From positions 1,431,733 to 1,463,732 of the forward strand of contig NZ_CP061287.1 in NCBI RefSeq assembly GCF_018687275.1: 32,000 nucleotides of DNA, written 5' to 3'. The stretch comes from Polynucleobacter sp. MWH-Aus1W21 (lineage in GTDB: Bacteria; Pseudomonadota; Gammaproteobacteria; Burkholderiales; Burkholderiaceae). The notes beneath the pieces were generated by a model. It made no database searches and had not been told where the DNA came from. It worked only from the letters and a program-made list of their open reading frames with translations. The stretch's first letter is position 1, and every line of letters starts with the position of its first letter. A program made the translations under genes and the position numbers. This document shows positions 18,299 through 26,107 of this stretch, piece by piece.

Positions 18299-18637
18299 TT
18301 AACGACCCAAAGCCTTGTCTAAACAATCTGACATAAATTGCACATACTTTATTGCCAGCTTAGTAGGGATAACGGATTTTTTACGAGCATCTGTTTTGTC
18401 TGCAAGCAACTTTACGTAACCAAGTGTCACCAAATTCTTCAATCTCCCATGTAAAGTAGCCTGGGAGCCATATTGCTGAAGAGAAATAAGATCGCCTACC
18501 AATAAGGGGATCTTTCGCGAGTCTTGCTGCATGATGTATTCAAGTAACTGAATTTCAAGGCAATCTAAAGCGCGACCTGGATTCATACGATCAAGTGCAT
18601 CAATCAGATTTAAAAAGCGAATATAGGCATTTGACAT
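18299..18637 (-). CDS. Winged-helix (MarR-like) DNA-binding protein
   Basis: 112 aa. The pattern LVGDLISLQQYGSQATLHGRLKNLVTLGYVKLLADKTDARKKSVIPT matches a recognition helix plus wing. Confidence 0.6.
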   Translation of the reverse strand: MSNAYIRFLNLIDALDRMNPGRALDCLEIQLLEYIMQQDSRKIPLLVGDLISLQQYGSQATLHGRLKNLVTLGYVKLLADKTDARKKSVIPTKLAIKYVQFMSDCLDKALGR

Positions 18638-18795
18638 CTATGAATAGTAAGCAATCCCAGGACTACATTCATTGATCATCGTCAAGCCAAACCAAGGCTC
18701 CCTTTGAGTACTCTTTTAATTTTGCGGCAGTGCATTATAAAAAATTAGAACCAATTCTCATAGTCTGGGCGTATAGTTATTTTTAAGGGGAATAG

Positions 18796-18993
18796 ATGAA
18801 GCGGATTGTAGATATCTACCGAAAAGAGCAAAGGGACCAAGTTCTCTGGACTTACATCGTCTCTCTAGGCGGAGATGGTTCTCACCCGGGTCTTGAAGAC
18901 TTTAAAAAAGAAGCTTTACGATTAGCCGTTATGGATAAACGTGGCTCACTTGCAAACTTAGATGCTTATGTCCATCTTGAAATCATCAAATAA
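18796..18993 (+). CDS. Hypothetical protein (65 aa)
   Basis: AAGGGG SD. First gene of a three-gene rightward cluster. Confidence 0.5.
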   Translation: MKRIVDIYRKEQRDQVLWTYIVSLGGDGSHPGLEDFKKEALRLAVMDKRGSLANLDAYVHLEIIK

Positions 18994-18995
18994 CC

Positions 18996-19352
18996 ATGGG
19001 TAATAGCACATTACACGCGATCGCTATTGACGAGCTTCGCCACTCAAATCCAGAGTTTTATCGAGAGTATTGCCTACTCATTGAGGGGATTAGCAATCAA
19101 ATTCGAGAGTTAGCCAAAAATCAAGCTGATCATTTAGATTACAGTAGTTTTACCGAAAGCTATGATCGAGCTAGCCATGAGCCGGTATTGCAAGTGGTCA
19201 TTGGAATTCAAAAGACAGAGTTGTACATTCATATCTATATCCACAAAGACAATTACTTTGTTATTGGACAATCTGGCAGTGGAAAAATTGCCATAAATGC
19301 TCAAGAGGCGCTAGCACTTGTAGCGCAAAAGATAAAAGCGACTAAAAAATGA
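18996..19352 (+). CDS. Hypothetical protein (118 aa)
   Basis: Starts 2 nt after the upstream stop. Its own stop overlaps the next start (ATGA). Confidence 0.55.
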   Translation: MGNSTLHAIAIDELRHSNPEFYREYCLLIEGISNQIRELAKNQADHLDYSSFTESYDRASHEPVLQVVIGIQKTELYIHIYIHKDNYFVIGQSGSGKIAINAQEALALVAQKIKATKK

Positions 19353-20032
19353 ACTGGCAACGAACAATGCTTAATAAACCCAACTCCTCTCCTCCGGGAA
19401 AAGGCGGTGTGGTGTATGTCGTTGATGATGATGAAGCGATTCGAGATTCCCTGGCTCTACTACTTAATGCCTATGGTTTTAGGGTCAGCCCTTATGAAAG
19501 TGCTGAGAGATTCTTGCAATCACTAGCTGCTAGTGATCCACAATCTTTGGGCTGTGCTTTAGTAGATATTCACCTTGGCGGCATGTCTGGAATCGAACTT
19601 CAAGAAACGCTTCTAAATATGGATCTTAATATTCCCATTGCGTTTATTACTGGCCATGGGGAGATCACCACTGCGGTAAATGCACTTAAAAAAGGAGCTG
19701 TAGACTTTATTCAAAAACCGATCAATGAAGAGATTCTTATTGGCTTAATCAATGAAATGCTATCAAAGGCTTATCTTAGTAAAGAACAATCTACGGAGCT
19801 CAAAGAGATCAAAGAGAGATTTAGACTTCTAACCCAAAGAGAAGTTGATGTGCTTGATCGCATTGTTGCTGGCAGGATTAATAAGGAAGTTGGCATGGAC
19901 TTAGGTATTTCAATTAAAACCGTAGAAGCGCATCGAGCGAACCTCATGGAAAAGCTTAAGGTAAATCGTGCGGCTAAGCTACTTCAGTTAACCTTGAGAT
20001 ATCGAGAGGCTAAGGCTAAAGGACTTATTTAA
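19349..20032 (+). CDS. FixJ/NarL-type response regulator (REC + LuxR HTH), no kinase adjacent
   Basis: VVYVVDDDEAIRDSL..., ALVDIHLGGMSG (phospho-acceptor Asp), LTQREVDVLDRIVAGRINKEVGMDLGISIKTVEAHR. Confidence 0.85.
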   Translation: MNWQRTMLNKPNSSPPGKGGVVYVVDDDEAIRDSLALLLNAYGFRVSPYESAERFLQSLAASDPQSLGCALVDIHLGGMSGIELQETLLNMDLNIPIAFITGHGEITTAVNALKKGAVDFIQKPINEEILIGLINEMLSKAYLSKEQSTELKEIKERFRLLTQREVDVLDRIVAGRINKEVGMDLGISIKTVEAHRANLMEKLKVNRAAKLLQLTLRYREAKAKGLI

Positions 20033-20040
20033 TGGGAACC

Positions 20041-20091
20041 GTTACTTAAAGTAACGCTCAAAAGTTTGGTATCCGGCCTAGAGATTCGAAC
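20041..20091 (+). repeat. Truncated att-flank module, copy D
   Basis: GTTACTTAAAGTAACGCTCAAAAGTTTGGTATCCGGCCTAGAGATTCGAAC matches 9579-9599 and then 10716-10745/17933-17962. Homology stops abruptly at about 20091. Confidence 0.65.
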
Positions 20092-21335
20092 TAATATTGC
20101 TCAAAATGCTTGCGAGTAATCTCGTAACCTTCATCCGCTTTTTTTCTACTAATAATCTCATCACGGTATGTACGCATAAAGTCTTTTGGATTTAGAAACG
20201 TACATTCACTACCATATGGATGACCGCAATACTCATACACAATTGTACGAACCTTATTTGGCTTATTTTTATTTACAAACTCAGACTCGCAATAGCCCTC
20301 GTAACATGACAGCACCTCAGGAAATGGCTTTTTCCAATTCTTTACTACTGGCGGCCTCACCAAAGGTTTCCAACCCTCCTTTTGTATTGCATCACGCAAT
20401 ACCAAGTAAGAGGTCTTAGATTCATCATATTTCCAGTATCCGAATAGGGCTATCACTGCAATAACTACCGTGGCGAATACCGCGTATATCTTCTTCCTAC
20501 GATCCCCTTTATCGCTTTGCTGCTTTTTCAAATCAGCTTCTGCCTGCTCCTTAGCCGACTCTTCAGCTTTCATTAATTCTGCTTTATTTTTTTCAAGCCT
20601 CTCAGCTACTAATTCAGCAGTATTTTGCTCACCTAAGAATTTTTGAGCACCAGCATCATAAGCATCATTTAACTCCTCACTCATATAGGCTGGCATCCAC
20701 TGCCACTCGAGCTTGCCTGTCTCTTGGTTTGTAGTTTGCTTCAGCCCAGTTTCAGAGAGAATGTCTAATTTCGCTGGGTAGATGTGCGGAAGATGATGCA
20801 AGTAAACAATGCTGCAATTTCTACTGCCAGCATATCCATGCCCATACGCCTCTTGCTTCATGTATTCCAATCCAGGATATTTGGATTCAAATTCTTTTTC
20901 TAACCTGTCTTGAGCACCTTTTTCATAAGCTGCATTAAGCCTAGCTACCAAATAAGGCTCATAGATATCCCAATAAACCCTTCCATCTTCAGTTAAGAAT
21001 AAATTTAGATATTCATCTTCCAAATCAAAGCCGCGCTGATATGCCTCTTCATTAGTAATCTGACCTTCTAATAAGATCTGAGTTTGCTTTTGGAGCTCCT
21101 CAAGGCGATCAGATTCAGCTCGCATTGCCTCTTCATGATTTGCACTAGCCTGCCACTTTGCCTCTCGAACTTCATCAAGGTGTCGCTCTGCAGCCCATGC
21201 GGCCTCTCTTGCACTCTCCCGAAGCTGACGTTGCATATCAGCCTGGCCTTCCTGGATCTTTGCGTTATCTTTACAGACACCACAAATACTCCCCCAGCCG
21301 TCCATATACTTACCACAGTTAGAGCAATTAGCCAC
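20091..21335 (-). CDS. Zinc-ribbon / coiled-coil / single-TM protein with a Cys-rich C-terminal domain, unknown function
   Basis: I prefer the GTG at 21335 (AGAGG 6-7 nt upstream) over the track's TTG at 21341. Features: CSNCG...CGVCKD, long Glu/Lys/Ala-rich helices, an internal repeat (YEPYLVARLNAAYEKGAQ / MPAYMSEELNDAYDAGAQ), TM helix IYAVFATVVIAVIALFGYW, and C-terminal CYEGYCE...YCGHPYGSEC. Confidence 0.7.
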   Translation of the reverse strand: MANCSNCGKYMDGWGSICGVCKDNAKIQEGQADMQRQLRESAREAAWAAERHLDEVREAKWQASANHEEAMRAESDRLEELQKQTQILLEGQITNEEAYQRGFDLEDEYLNLFLTEDGRVYWDIYEPYLVARLNAAYEKGAQDRLEKEFESKYPGLEYMKQEAYGHGYAGSRNCSIVYLHHLPHIYPAKLDILSETGLKQTTNQETGKLEWQWMPAYMSEELNDAYDAGAQKFLGEQNTAELVAERLEKNKAELMKAEESAKEQAEADLKKQQSDKGDRRKKIYAVFATVVIAVIALFGYWKYDESKTSYLVLRDAIQKEGWKPLVRPPVVKNWKKPFPEVLSCYEGYCESEFVNKNKPNKVRTIVYEYCGHPYGSECTFLNPKDFMRTYRDEIISRKKADEGYEITRKHFEQY

Positions 21336-21391
21336 ACTCAACCTCTATTAGTAAATTTGATTGATATTAGTATTTTGAATACGGAGTAAAC

Positions 21392-21559
21392 CTAGACTTG
21401 ATGTGATTTCACTAACGCATCTTGACCAGACTTAATTTTTTGCCTTGCCCGCTCAGCCTTTATAGCCTCTTGATCTCGCTTAACGCGATCCTTCATTGAT
21501 TTAAGCCTAGCTTGCTCTGGACTTAATGGTTTTAGCGGAGCTATTTCATTGAATCTCAT
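21392..21559 (-). CDS. Small basic hypothetical protein (55 aa), below the ORF-track cutoff
   Basis: My translation: MRFNEIAPLKPLSPEQARLKSMKDRVKRDQEAIKAERARQKIKSGQDALVKSHQV. The ATG is 2 nt after the upstream stop. Confidence 0.4.
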   Translation of the reverse strand: MRFNEIAPLKPLSPEQARLKSMKDRVKRDQEAIKAERARQKIKSGQDALVKSHQV

Positions 21560-21561
21560 GA

Positions 21562-21708
21562 CTATCCGATCTGCAGTGGTTGATGAGGCACATTATTAGA
21601 GCCAAAGATTGCTTGAAATAACTTATATGCCTGAGCTTGATTCTGGGCATAAAGAATTGTCTCCACCCACATTCCAGCCGCATTAACAGTTGCCTTATAT
21701 CGTTTCAT
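21562..21708 (-). CDS. Small hypothetical protein (48 aa), below the ORF-track cutoff
   Basis: My translation: MKRYKATVNAAGMWVETILYAQNQAQAYKLFQAIFGSNNVPHQPLQIG. The ATG is 4 nt after the upstream stop. Confidence 0.4.
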   Translation of the reverse strand: MKRYKATVNAAGMWVETILYAQNQAQAYKLFQAIFGSNNVPHQPLQIG

Positions 21709-21712
21709 AAAG

Positions 21713-22159
21713 TTATTTAGTCAAAAACTCAAGCCGATCTCTAAGTCCTTCGTTATCTAGCTCCTCAAGCCTAAGAGGATCAACGTGGTCAAGCCTACCT
21801 TTGGCAACCTCATTTTTTATGCGAATTTCATCTGTAATAACTTGGCTCTGAATTCTGCTTCCGCTATACCGCCTATTGCAAGAGTAAAAATCTCGCCCTT
21901 TAGCAGTAGCTAAAAATTTATCTCCACTTTTAAGCGCTTCAATATATTCGAGACAACGCTCATTCCACGTTTTATTTAAATCCCGAATAACCTCGTTTCG
22001 GATTCGTGCCATCTCATTTTTTGCATCTTCTACCCTTTTTCGAGCTGCTTTCGCTTCCTCTTCTGCTTTTGCTTCATCATTAACTCGAATACCCCATTGA
22101 ATGAGATTCCAACCAACAATAGTGAAAAAAATAAGTCCAACCCATCCCCAAAAGCCCAT
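21713..22159 (-). CDS. N-terminally anchored coiled-coil protein, unknown function
   Basis: I prefer the start at MGFWGWVGLIFFTIVGWNLIQW (AAGGGG SD 6 nt upstream). The longer track ORF (to 22270) lacks an SD. Confidence 0.6.
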   Translation of the reverse strand: MGFWGWVGLIFFTIVGWNLIQWGIRVNDEAKAEEEAKAARKRVEDAKNEMARIRNEVIRDLNKTWNERCLEYIEALKSGDKFLATAKGRDFYSCNRRYSGSRIQSQVITDEIRIKNEVAKGRLDHVDPLRLEELDNEGLRDRLEFLTK

Positions 22160-22279
22160 GTAAAACCCCTTATGGTTTTTAATAGTTATTGAAAACTTTA
22201 ACGCAGGCTCATGACGTTGGTAAGCCCCTGCAGGGTAAATCCTGATGAAATACTGGGGTACGCTAGGCACCCCGTTTAA

Positions 22280-22720
22280 TTAACGTTTAAACCCACTTCT
22301 TAAACTGGAGCTTGCAGATTCAATCTGCTGATCGAGCTCCCCTGCCTCTACTGCTGCTTTAATAGATTCAAGAGCTTTAACCAATCCCTCTCCACTGGCT
22401 ACTTCAACGCTAGGCTTGCCTTTGGCTAACTCCAAAGTACAACTGCCATATTTCACAGAGACACAGACCTTTCCTTCCTCACTTTGAAACCACCATGGTT
22501 TTATACGTTTTGGAACTTCCACTTGTTTACGTAATCCTGTTTCACGATCTTTCACTGTTTTGTACTTCATGACTACAAATGGTGTTCCTTCTAGCTGGCT
22601 TTTAGCGAGTTGGATCTGCTCCCAGAGTTTTGATCCCAGCTTATTTCTCCTAATAACAATGGCTGGCATATTGCGGGGTTTTTTAACGGCCACTAGCTTT
22701 AAGTGACTTAATTGGCTCAT
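22280..22720 (-). CDS. Conserved-looking hypothetical protein (146 aa), first gene of the leftward operon
   Basis: AGGAG SD 7 nt upstream. I cannot assign a family with confidence. Confidence 0.65.
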   Translation of the reverse strand: MSQLSHLKLVAVKKPRNMPAIVIRRNKLGSKLWEQIQLAKSQLEGTPFVVMKYKTVKDRETGLRKQVEVPKRIKPWWFQSEEGKVCVSVKYGSCTLELAKGKPSVEVASGEGLVKALESIKAAVEAGELDQQIESASSSLRSGFKR

Positions 22721-22777
22721 TTGAATTCTCCTATGTAGTTAATGGGCTCATTAAGTGTGTTTTCGATATAGCGCTTT

Positions 22778-22790
22778 GGTCGACCTCTTT
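22778..22790. repeat. Left copy of a perfect 13-bp inverted repeat GGTCGACCTCTTT
   Basis: Its reverse complement is found exactly at 23762-23774. Confidence 0.85.
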
Positions 22791-22877
22791 TTGACCATTG
22801 GATCGTTTTGGCTAATTTTGGATAGAAAAAATACGTTTTTTATTAACAAGGGCTAAATATTTACGAGTCGCGTAATG

Positions 22878-23022
22878 AGTTGCATTGAGATGCGAAGAAG
22901 AAATAAGTTGCAGTAAGAGATGCAGTTAGTTGCTGTATTTGGGACAAATGAGTAGCTCTGAACAGCAACTCAAGCAACAGCAACTATCTTTTGTCTCTGC
23001 TACTCCTTGCATCTCAAGCAAC
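22878..23022. promoter_or_regulatory. 145-bp compound inverted repeat with reiterated GTTGC(N)TTGAGATGC motifs (operator/iteron-like)
   Basis: AGTTGCATTGAGATGC (22878), AGTTGCAGTAAGAGATGC (22906), and inverted GCATCTCAAGCAAC (23009). Extra GTTGC/GCAAC pentamers occur at 22929, 22965, 22974 and 22980. Confidence 0.55.
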
Positions 23023-23057
23023 ACCGCGACTCCTTTCAATATTCAAGGAGATTAAAA

Positions 23058-23591
23058 ATGAAAGAAATCACAGCCCGCTTATGGGAAAACAAAATGTACG
23101 GAACAACCTTCGCCAAAGGTCAATATCGCAAAGCCATCTACAACGGAACATTGGAGATCATGGATCCCTATGCCAAGTATTTAGTAGATTTTGAGGAAGT
23201 CGAGACTTGGTTTCACTTTCCCAAGAGTCCAGTGCATGTGGAAATGGCTAATCGCTTAGCCAACCCACCAGTCAATGAAGATGGAGTTTTAATGAGTTGG
23301 ATCTATCGATACGAGAATGGCTCAAAAAGCCCTATTGAGGGATATGCGTCTTTAGATATGAACTACAGCAGAATTTATATTGAAATTAATGATTCAGAGC
23401 ACGGAATAAATGATTACTGGGAACTGCCCATACGAAGCTGTATTGCCAGAATTCCCGGAAAACCCACTCCAGCACTAATAGCCACCACGCAATCGGAGCT
23501 AAATGCCCCTCAAAAACCGTCTACAAACGGCGTATTTTCCGGTGGACATAAGCAAGCACTTGAGAACTTACAAAAGTACGCTATCCAGTGA
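23058..23591 (+). CDS. Hypothetical protein (177 aa)
   Basis: AAGGAG SD 7 nt upstream of the ATG at 23058. No recognisable motif. Confidence 0.65.
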   Translation: MKEITARLWENKMYGTTFAKGQYRKAIYNGTLEIMDPYAKYLVDFEEVETWFHFPKSPVHVEMANRLANPPVNEDGVLMSWIYRYENGSKSPIEGYASLDMNYSRIYIEINDSEHGINDYWELPIRSCIARIPGKPTPALIATTQSELNAPQKPSTNGVFSGGHKQALENLQKYAIQ

Positions 23592-23678
23592 TTTGAGGTG
23601 TTAGCTAGTATCGCGGGGTTTTGTCGTCTAAATCCCACGATATTCAGAAGATTTAGCTAAATACTTATAGAAAGAAAG

Positions 23679-23708
23679 AGGCTAAGAATATTTACATATT
23701 CTTAGCCT
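23679..23708. terminator. Perfect 13-bp stem hairpin AGGCTAAGAATAT-TTAC-ATATTCTTAGCCT
   Basis: Downstream of the 23058-23591 gene. There is no clean T-run on the plus strand, and a CTTTCTTTCT tract follows on the minus strand. Confidence 0.45.
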
Positions 23709-23761
23709 GGTCTTGTAAGTCATTGATTCTTGGAAGATCTTGAAGATTTAATGGAAGGTAT

Positions 23762-23774
23762 AAAGAGGTCGACC
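23762..23774. repeat. Right copy of the 13-bp inverted repeat (AAAGAGGTCGACC)
   Basis: Exact reverse complement of 22778-22790, 59 nt upstream of the recombinase ATG. Confidence 0.85.
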
Positions 23775-23832
23775 TTTTCCCAATAAGAAAACATACTTAA
23801 AACGCACATTTTATTTATGACAGGAAAAACAA

Positions 23833-24399
23833 ATGGCACAAGCAAAAACCTTATCTCAAACCGAACTAGACCAAGTTCTTGAGTATGTCAGTACCAAAAA
23901 GTACGCTTTACGTGACAGAGCAATGATTTTGACGAGCTTTCTCGGGGGACTTCGCGTCGCCGAAATAGCCTCTCTAAAAATGGGTGATGTTCTAAACCTA
24001 GATGGCACCATTAAAAATGAGATACGTCTCTCCGCAGCGCAAACAAAAGGCAAATTTCCTAGAACGGTGTTTGTTTCTCAACGCTTACAAACTGAGTTAG
24101 CAAACTATCTAGCTACCCGGTACATCACCAACCCCGATATTCCCTTCTTTCATACAGATCATCGCCTAGGCTTTACCCCAAATGGCTTATGCGTTTGGTT
24201 TTATCAACTCTATAAGAATGTCGGCATTAGTGGCGGCAGTAGCCATTCAGGTAGAAAGTTTTTTATAACCACCTTGGCTAATAAAGGCATCGGGGTAAGA
24301 ATCTTAGCCTCTTTGGCTGGTCACAGATCCATTGCCGTAACCCAAAGGTACATCGATGTTAACGATGAGCAAAAGAGACAGGCCGTAGAACTTATATAA
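23833..24399 (+). CDS. Small tyrosine recombinase, catalytic domain only (FimB/FimE-sized)
   Basis: 188 aa. Arg in GGLRVAEI, Lys in QTKGKFPRTVFV, HxxR in HSGRKFF, and His/Tyr in GHRSIAVTQRY. No N-terminal core-binding domain. Confidence 0.85.
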   Translation: MAQAKTLSQTELDQVLEYVSTKKYALRDRAMILTSFLGGLRVAEIASLKMGDVLNLDGTIKNEIRLSAAQTKGKFPRTVFVSQRLQTELANYLATRYITNPDIPFFHTDHRLGFTPNGLCVWFYQLYKNVGISGGSSHSGRKFFITTLANKGIGVRILASLAGHRSIAVTQRYIDVNDEQKRQAVELI

Positions 24400-24405
24400 A
24401 TTAAG

Positions 24406-24990
24406 TTAACTCTCTATCCAACCCAAGCGCTCCCATTTACGCAATGGGAGCTCATCATCTAGTCCGGGCTTCTCGCAGCTAAAACCCAGATCACGCAATA
24501 GTTGCAATACATAGGTACGGCTAACAGTTTCACCTGCCAAATACTCTTTCTCAATTAATGTTTGAATCTTTGAGAGTGTCCATTTATCTGTTACATGCCC
24601 CGCTGCTTTAGCGCCAGCCTTTAATGCTCTCGTTAATTTCTGCACTTCATTATTCGTCAGCTTCTTAGGTCTACCTAACTGCTGACAGCGTAACTCGTTA
24701 TAGCTCGTTTTATAGATCTTCTTATTACTTAAGAACCCTTTTTCTTCTTGCTGAAAGCTAGCGGTGATCGTGCCGCCCATGTCCGTTTTTCTTTTGACTG
24801 TTAATCGAATAGCCCAGTTCTGCACACTTTGACGGCTCACCCCTAATTGCCGGGCAACTTCTGCTTTAGCCACCCCCTTCATTAAAAGGCGAGCACCTTC
24901 TAAGCGGCGATGCTCAAGAAGTTTGAGTTTTCGTTTCATTTTCTTTTGGGTTGTACTAGATTTTCCAAAAAACACCTCATTTTTTGTCAA
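24406..24990 (-). CDS. IS630-type transposase N-terminal HTH/wHTH-only protein (no DDE domain)
   Basis: LLMKGVAKAEVARQLGVSRQSVQNWAIRL ... GRPKKLTNNEVQKL ... WTLSKIQTLIEKEYL...VSRTYVLQLLRDLGFSCEKP matches the IS630 N-terminal pattern. An alternative start exists at 24939 (MKRKLKLL). Confidence 0.65.
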   Translation of the reverse strand: MTKNEVFFGKSSTTQKKMKRKLKLLEHRRLEGARLLMKGVAKAEVARQLGVSRQSVQNWAIRLTVKRKTDMGGTITASFQQEEKGFLSNKKIYKTSYNELRCQQLGRPKKLTNNEVQKLTRALKAGAKAAGHVTDKWTLSKIQTLIEKEYLAGETVSRTYVLQLLRDLGFSCEKPGLDDELPLRKWERLGWIES

Positions 24991-25107
24991 CTATTTTTAT
25001 AACAATAAATCATTCTACCCATATTAAACATGGCAAAGAAAAATCCCTATTTTTCGTCAAGAGATTTTAGTTTTTTTCATCAGCAAAAAAACGCTCATTT
25101 TCGACAT
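24966..25107 (+). repeat. Three imperfect direct repeats A5-6 N C N CT(C)ATTTT(T)(T/C)G(T)CAA
   Basis: CAAAAAACACCTCATTTTTTGTCAA (24966), GAAAAATCCCTATTTTTCGTCAA (25038), CAAAAAAACGCTCATTTTCGACA (25083). Confidence 0.5.
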
Positions 25108-25163
25108 ACATTTCTCTTCATTGGCATTACCGCTCTTTAACAATTCACTCATTTCTTATTCAC

Positions 25164-25180
25164 TGTCGGGTTTCCCGACA
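25164..25180. repeat. Hairpin family member H4
   Basis: TGTCGGG-TTT-CCCGACA, perfect 7-bp stem, 57 nt upstream of the 25237 ATG. Confidence 0.6.
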
Positions 25181-25236
25181 TTAGCCCTTTCCCATATTGG
25201 TAAAGGTAATTGTTAGATTTTTATTAAGGAGGTCTT

Positions 25237-26034
25237 ATGGACCAAATAGCTGAAGTAGCTGAAAAAGTAGATGGGCAAGTAGTTACGAATCTGGTTGAAA
25301 AAATCAGTCAAGATTCGCAATTATCTGTAGGGGCCGTAGTAAACAACTTGATTGCCGAACGAAAAGCTTGGCAAACACAGGATCTCACTCGAAGCAATGA
25401 ACGCCTTTATGGCATCTTGCAAAGTTGTTACATCTTGTTTCAAAGCATGAATAGCATTAAGTCGGAAGCTATGGCTGTAAAAAAAGGGTTTTTAGAGTTT
25501 TGTAAGCAGCAAGGTTGGGACTTTAAAGACAACACACACCTGATGACTAAGGTTGTGCAATGTGTCTTTGGCAATGAAGATCGCCGTCGCGTTAGCTCTT
25601 ACGCCCTTGCGCTACGAGCGGCAGCAGAGTCAAAGACACCTAGCATGGAAATCCCACAGTTTTTCAGGGATAAAGGTGGGGTAGAAGAAGTTCGACGCGA
25701 GCGATCACCCAATCATAAGACGGCCAAGGATAAAGCAGCAGTTGGCCGCGTTGCCATGGAAGGTAGAATCTTAGCCTCCTTTCATAGCGACACTTTAGCG
25801 GGTCAATTTGAAGCGTCTGAGTACAACGGGGCCTTAGTCCTGCTCTCCACCAGAGAGGCTGATGGTAGTTTTGCAGTTCGTAGACTGGTTCAAAACGGCA
25901 CGGCTATTACTGCCGTACTAGCTAGTTTGGCGCACTCAGTAGCCAAGGAGCAACAAGAGAAAGCTCCAGCCACTAAAGCAGCCAATGATGATCAGTCTCG
26001 CGATACTGCAATAAAACAAGCTGTAGGCGCGTAA
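25237..26034 (+). CDS. Hypothetical protein (265 aa), first gene of the AAA+ cassette
   Basis: AAGGAGG SD. Helix-rich N-terminal half and a low-complexity acidic/Ala-rich C-terminus. No recognisable family. Confidence 0.7.
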   Translation: MDQIAEVAEKVDGQVVTNLVEKISQDSQLSVGAVVNNLIAERKAWQTQDLTRSNERLYGILQSCYILFQSMNSIKSEAMAVKKGFLEFCKQQGWDFKDNTHLMTKVVQCVFGNEDRRRVSSYALALRAAAESKTPSMEIPQFFRDKGGVEEVRRERSPNHKTAKDKAAVGRVAMEGRILASFHSDTLAGQFEASEYNGALVLLSTREADGSFAVRRLVQNGTAITAVLASLAHSVAKEQQEKAPATKAANDDQSRDTAIKQAVGA

Positions 26035-26107
26035 TTGCGTTGTCGTCTAAAGCGGTAAGCCAATACGGATAAGAAATGAGTGAAGCCATAACTAACTAGG
26101 AGGAACT

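Noticed and set aside
23621-23632. 12-nt exact repeat TTGTCGTCTAAA, also at 26046-26057
   Set aside because: Exact 12-mers shared between two places are expected many times by chance in a 32-kb window, and neither flank extends the match.
24406-24990. Calling an intact IS630-family insertion sequence
   Set aside because: Only the N-terminal DNA-binding part is encoded. I found no DDE domain, no terminal inverted repeats and no TA duplication.
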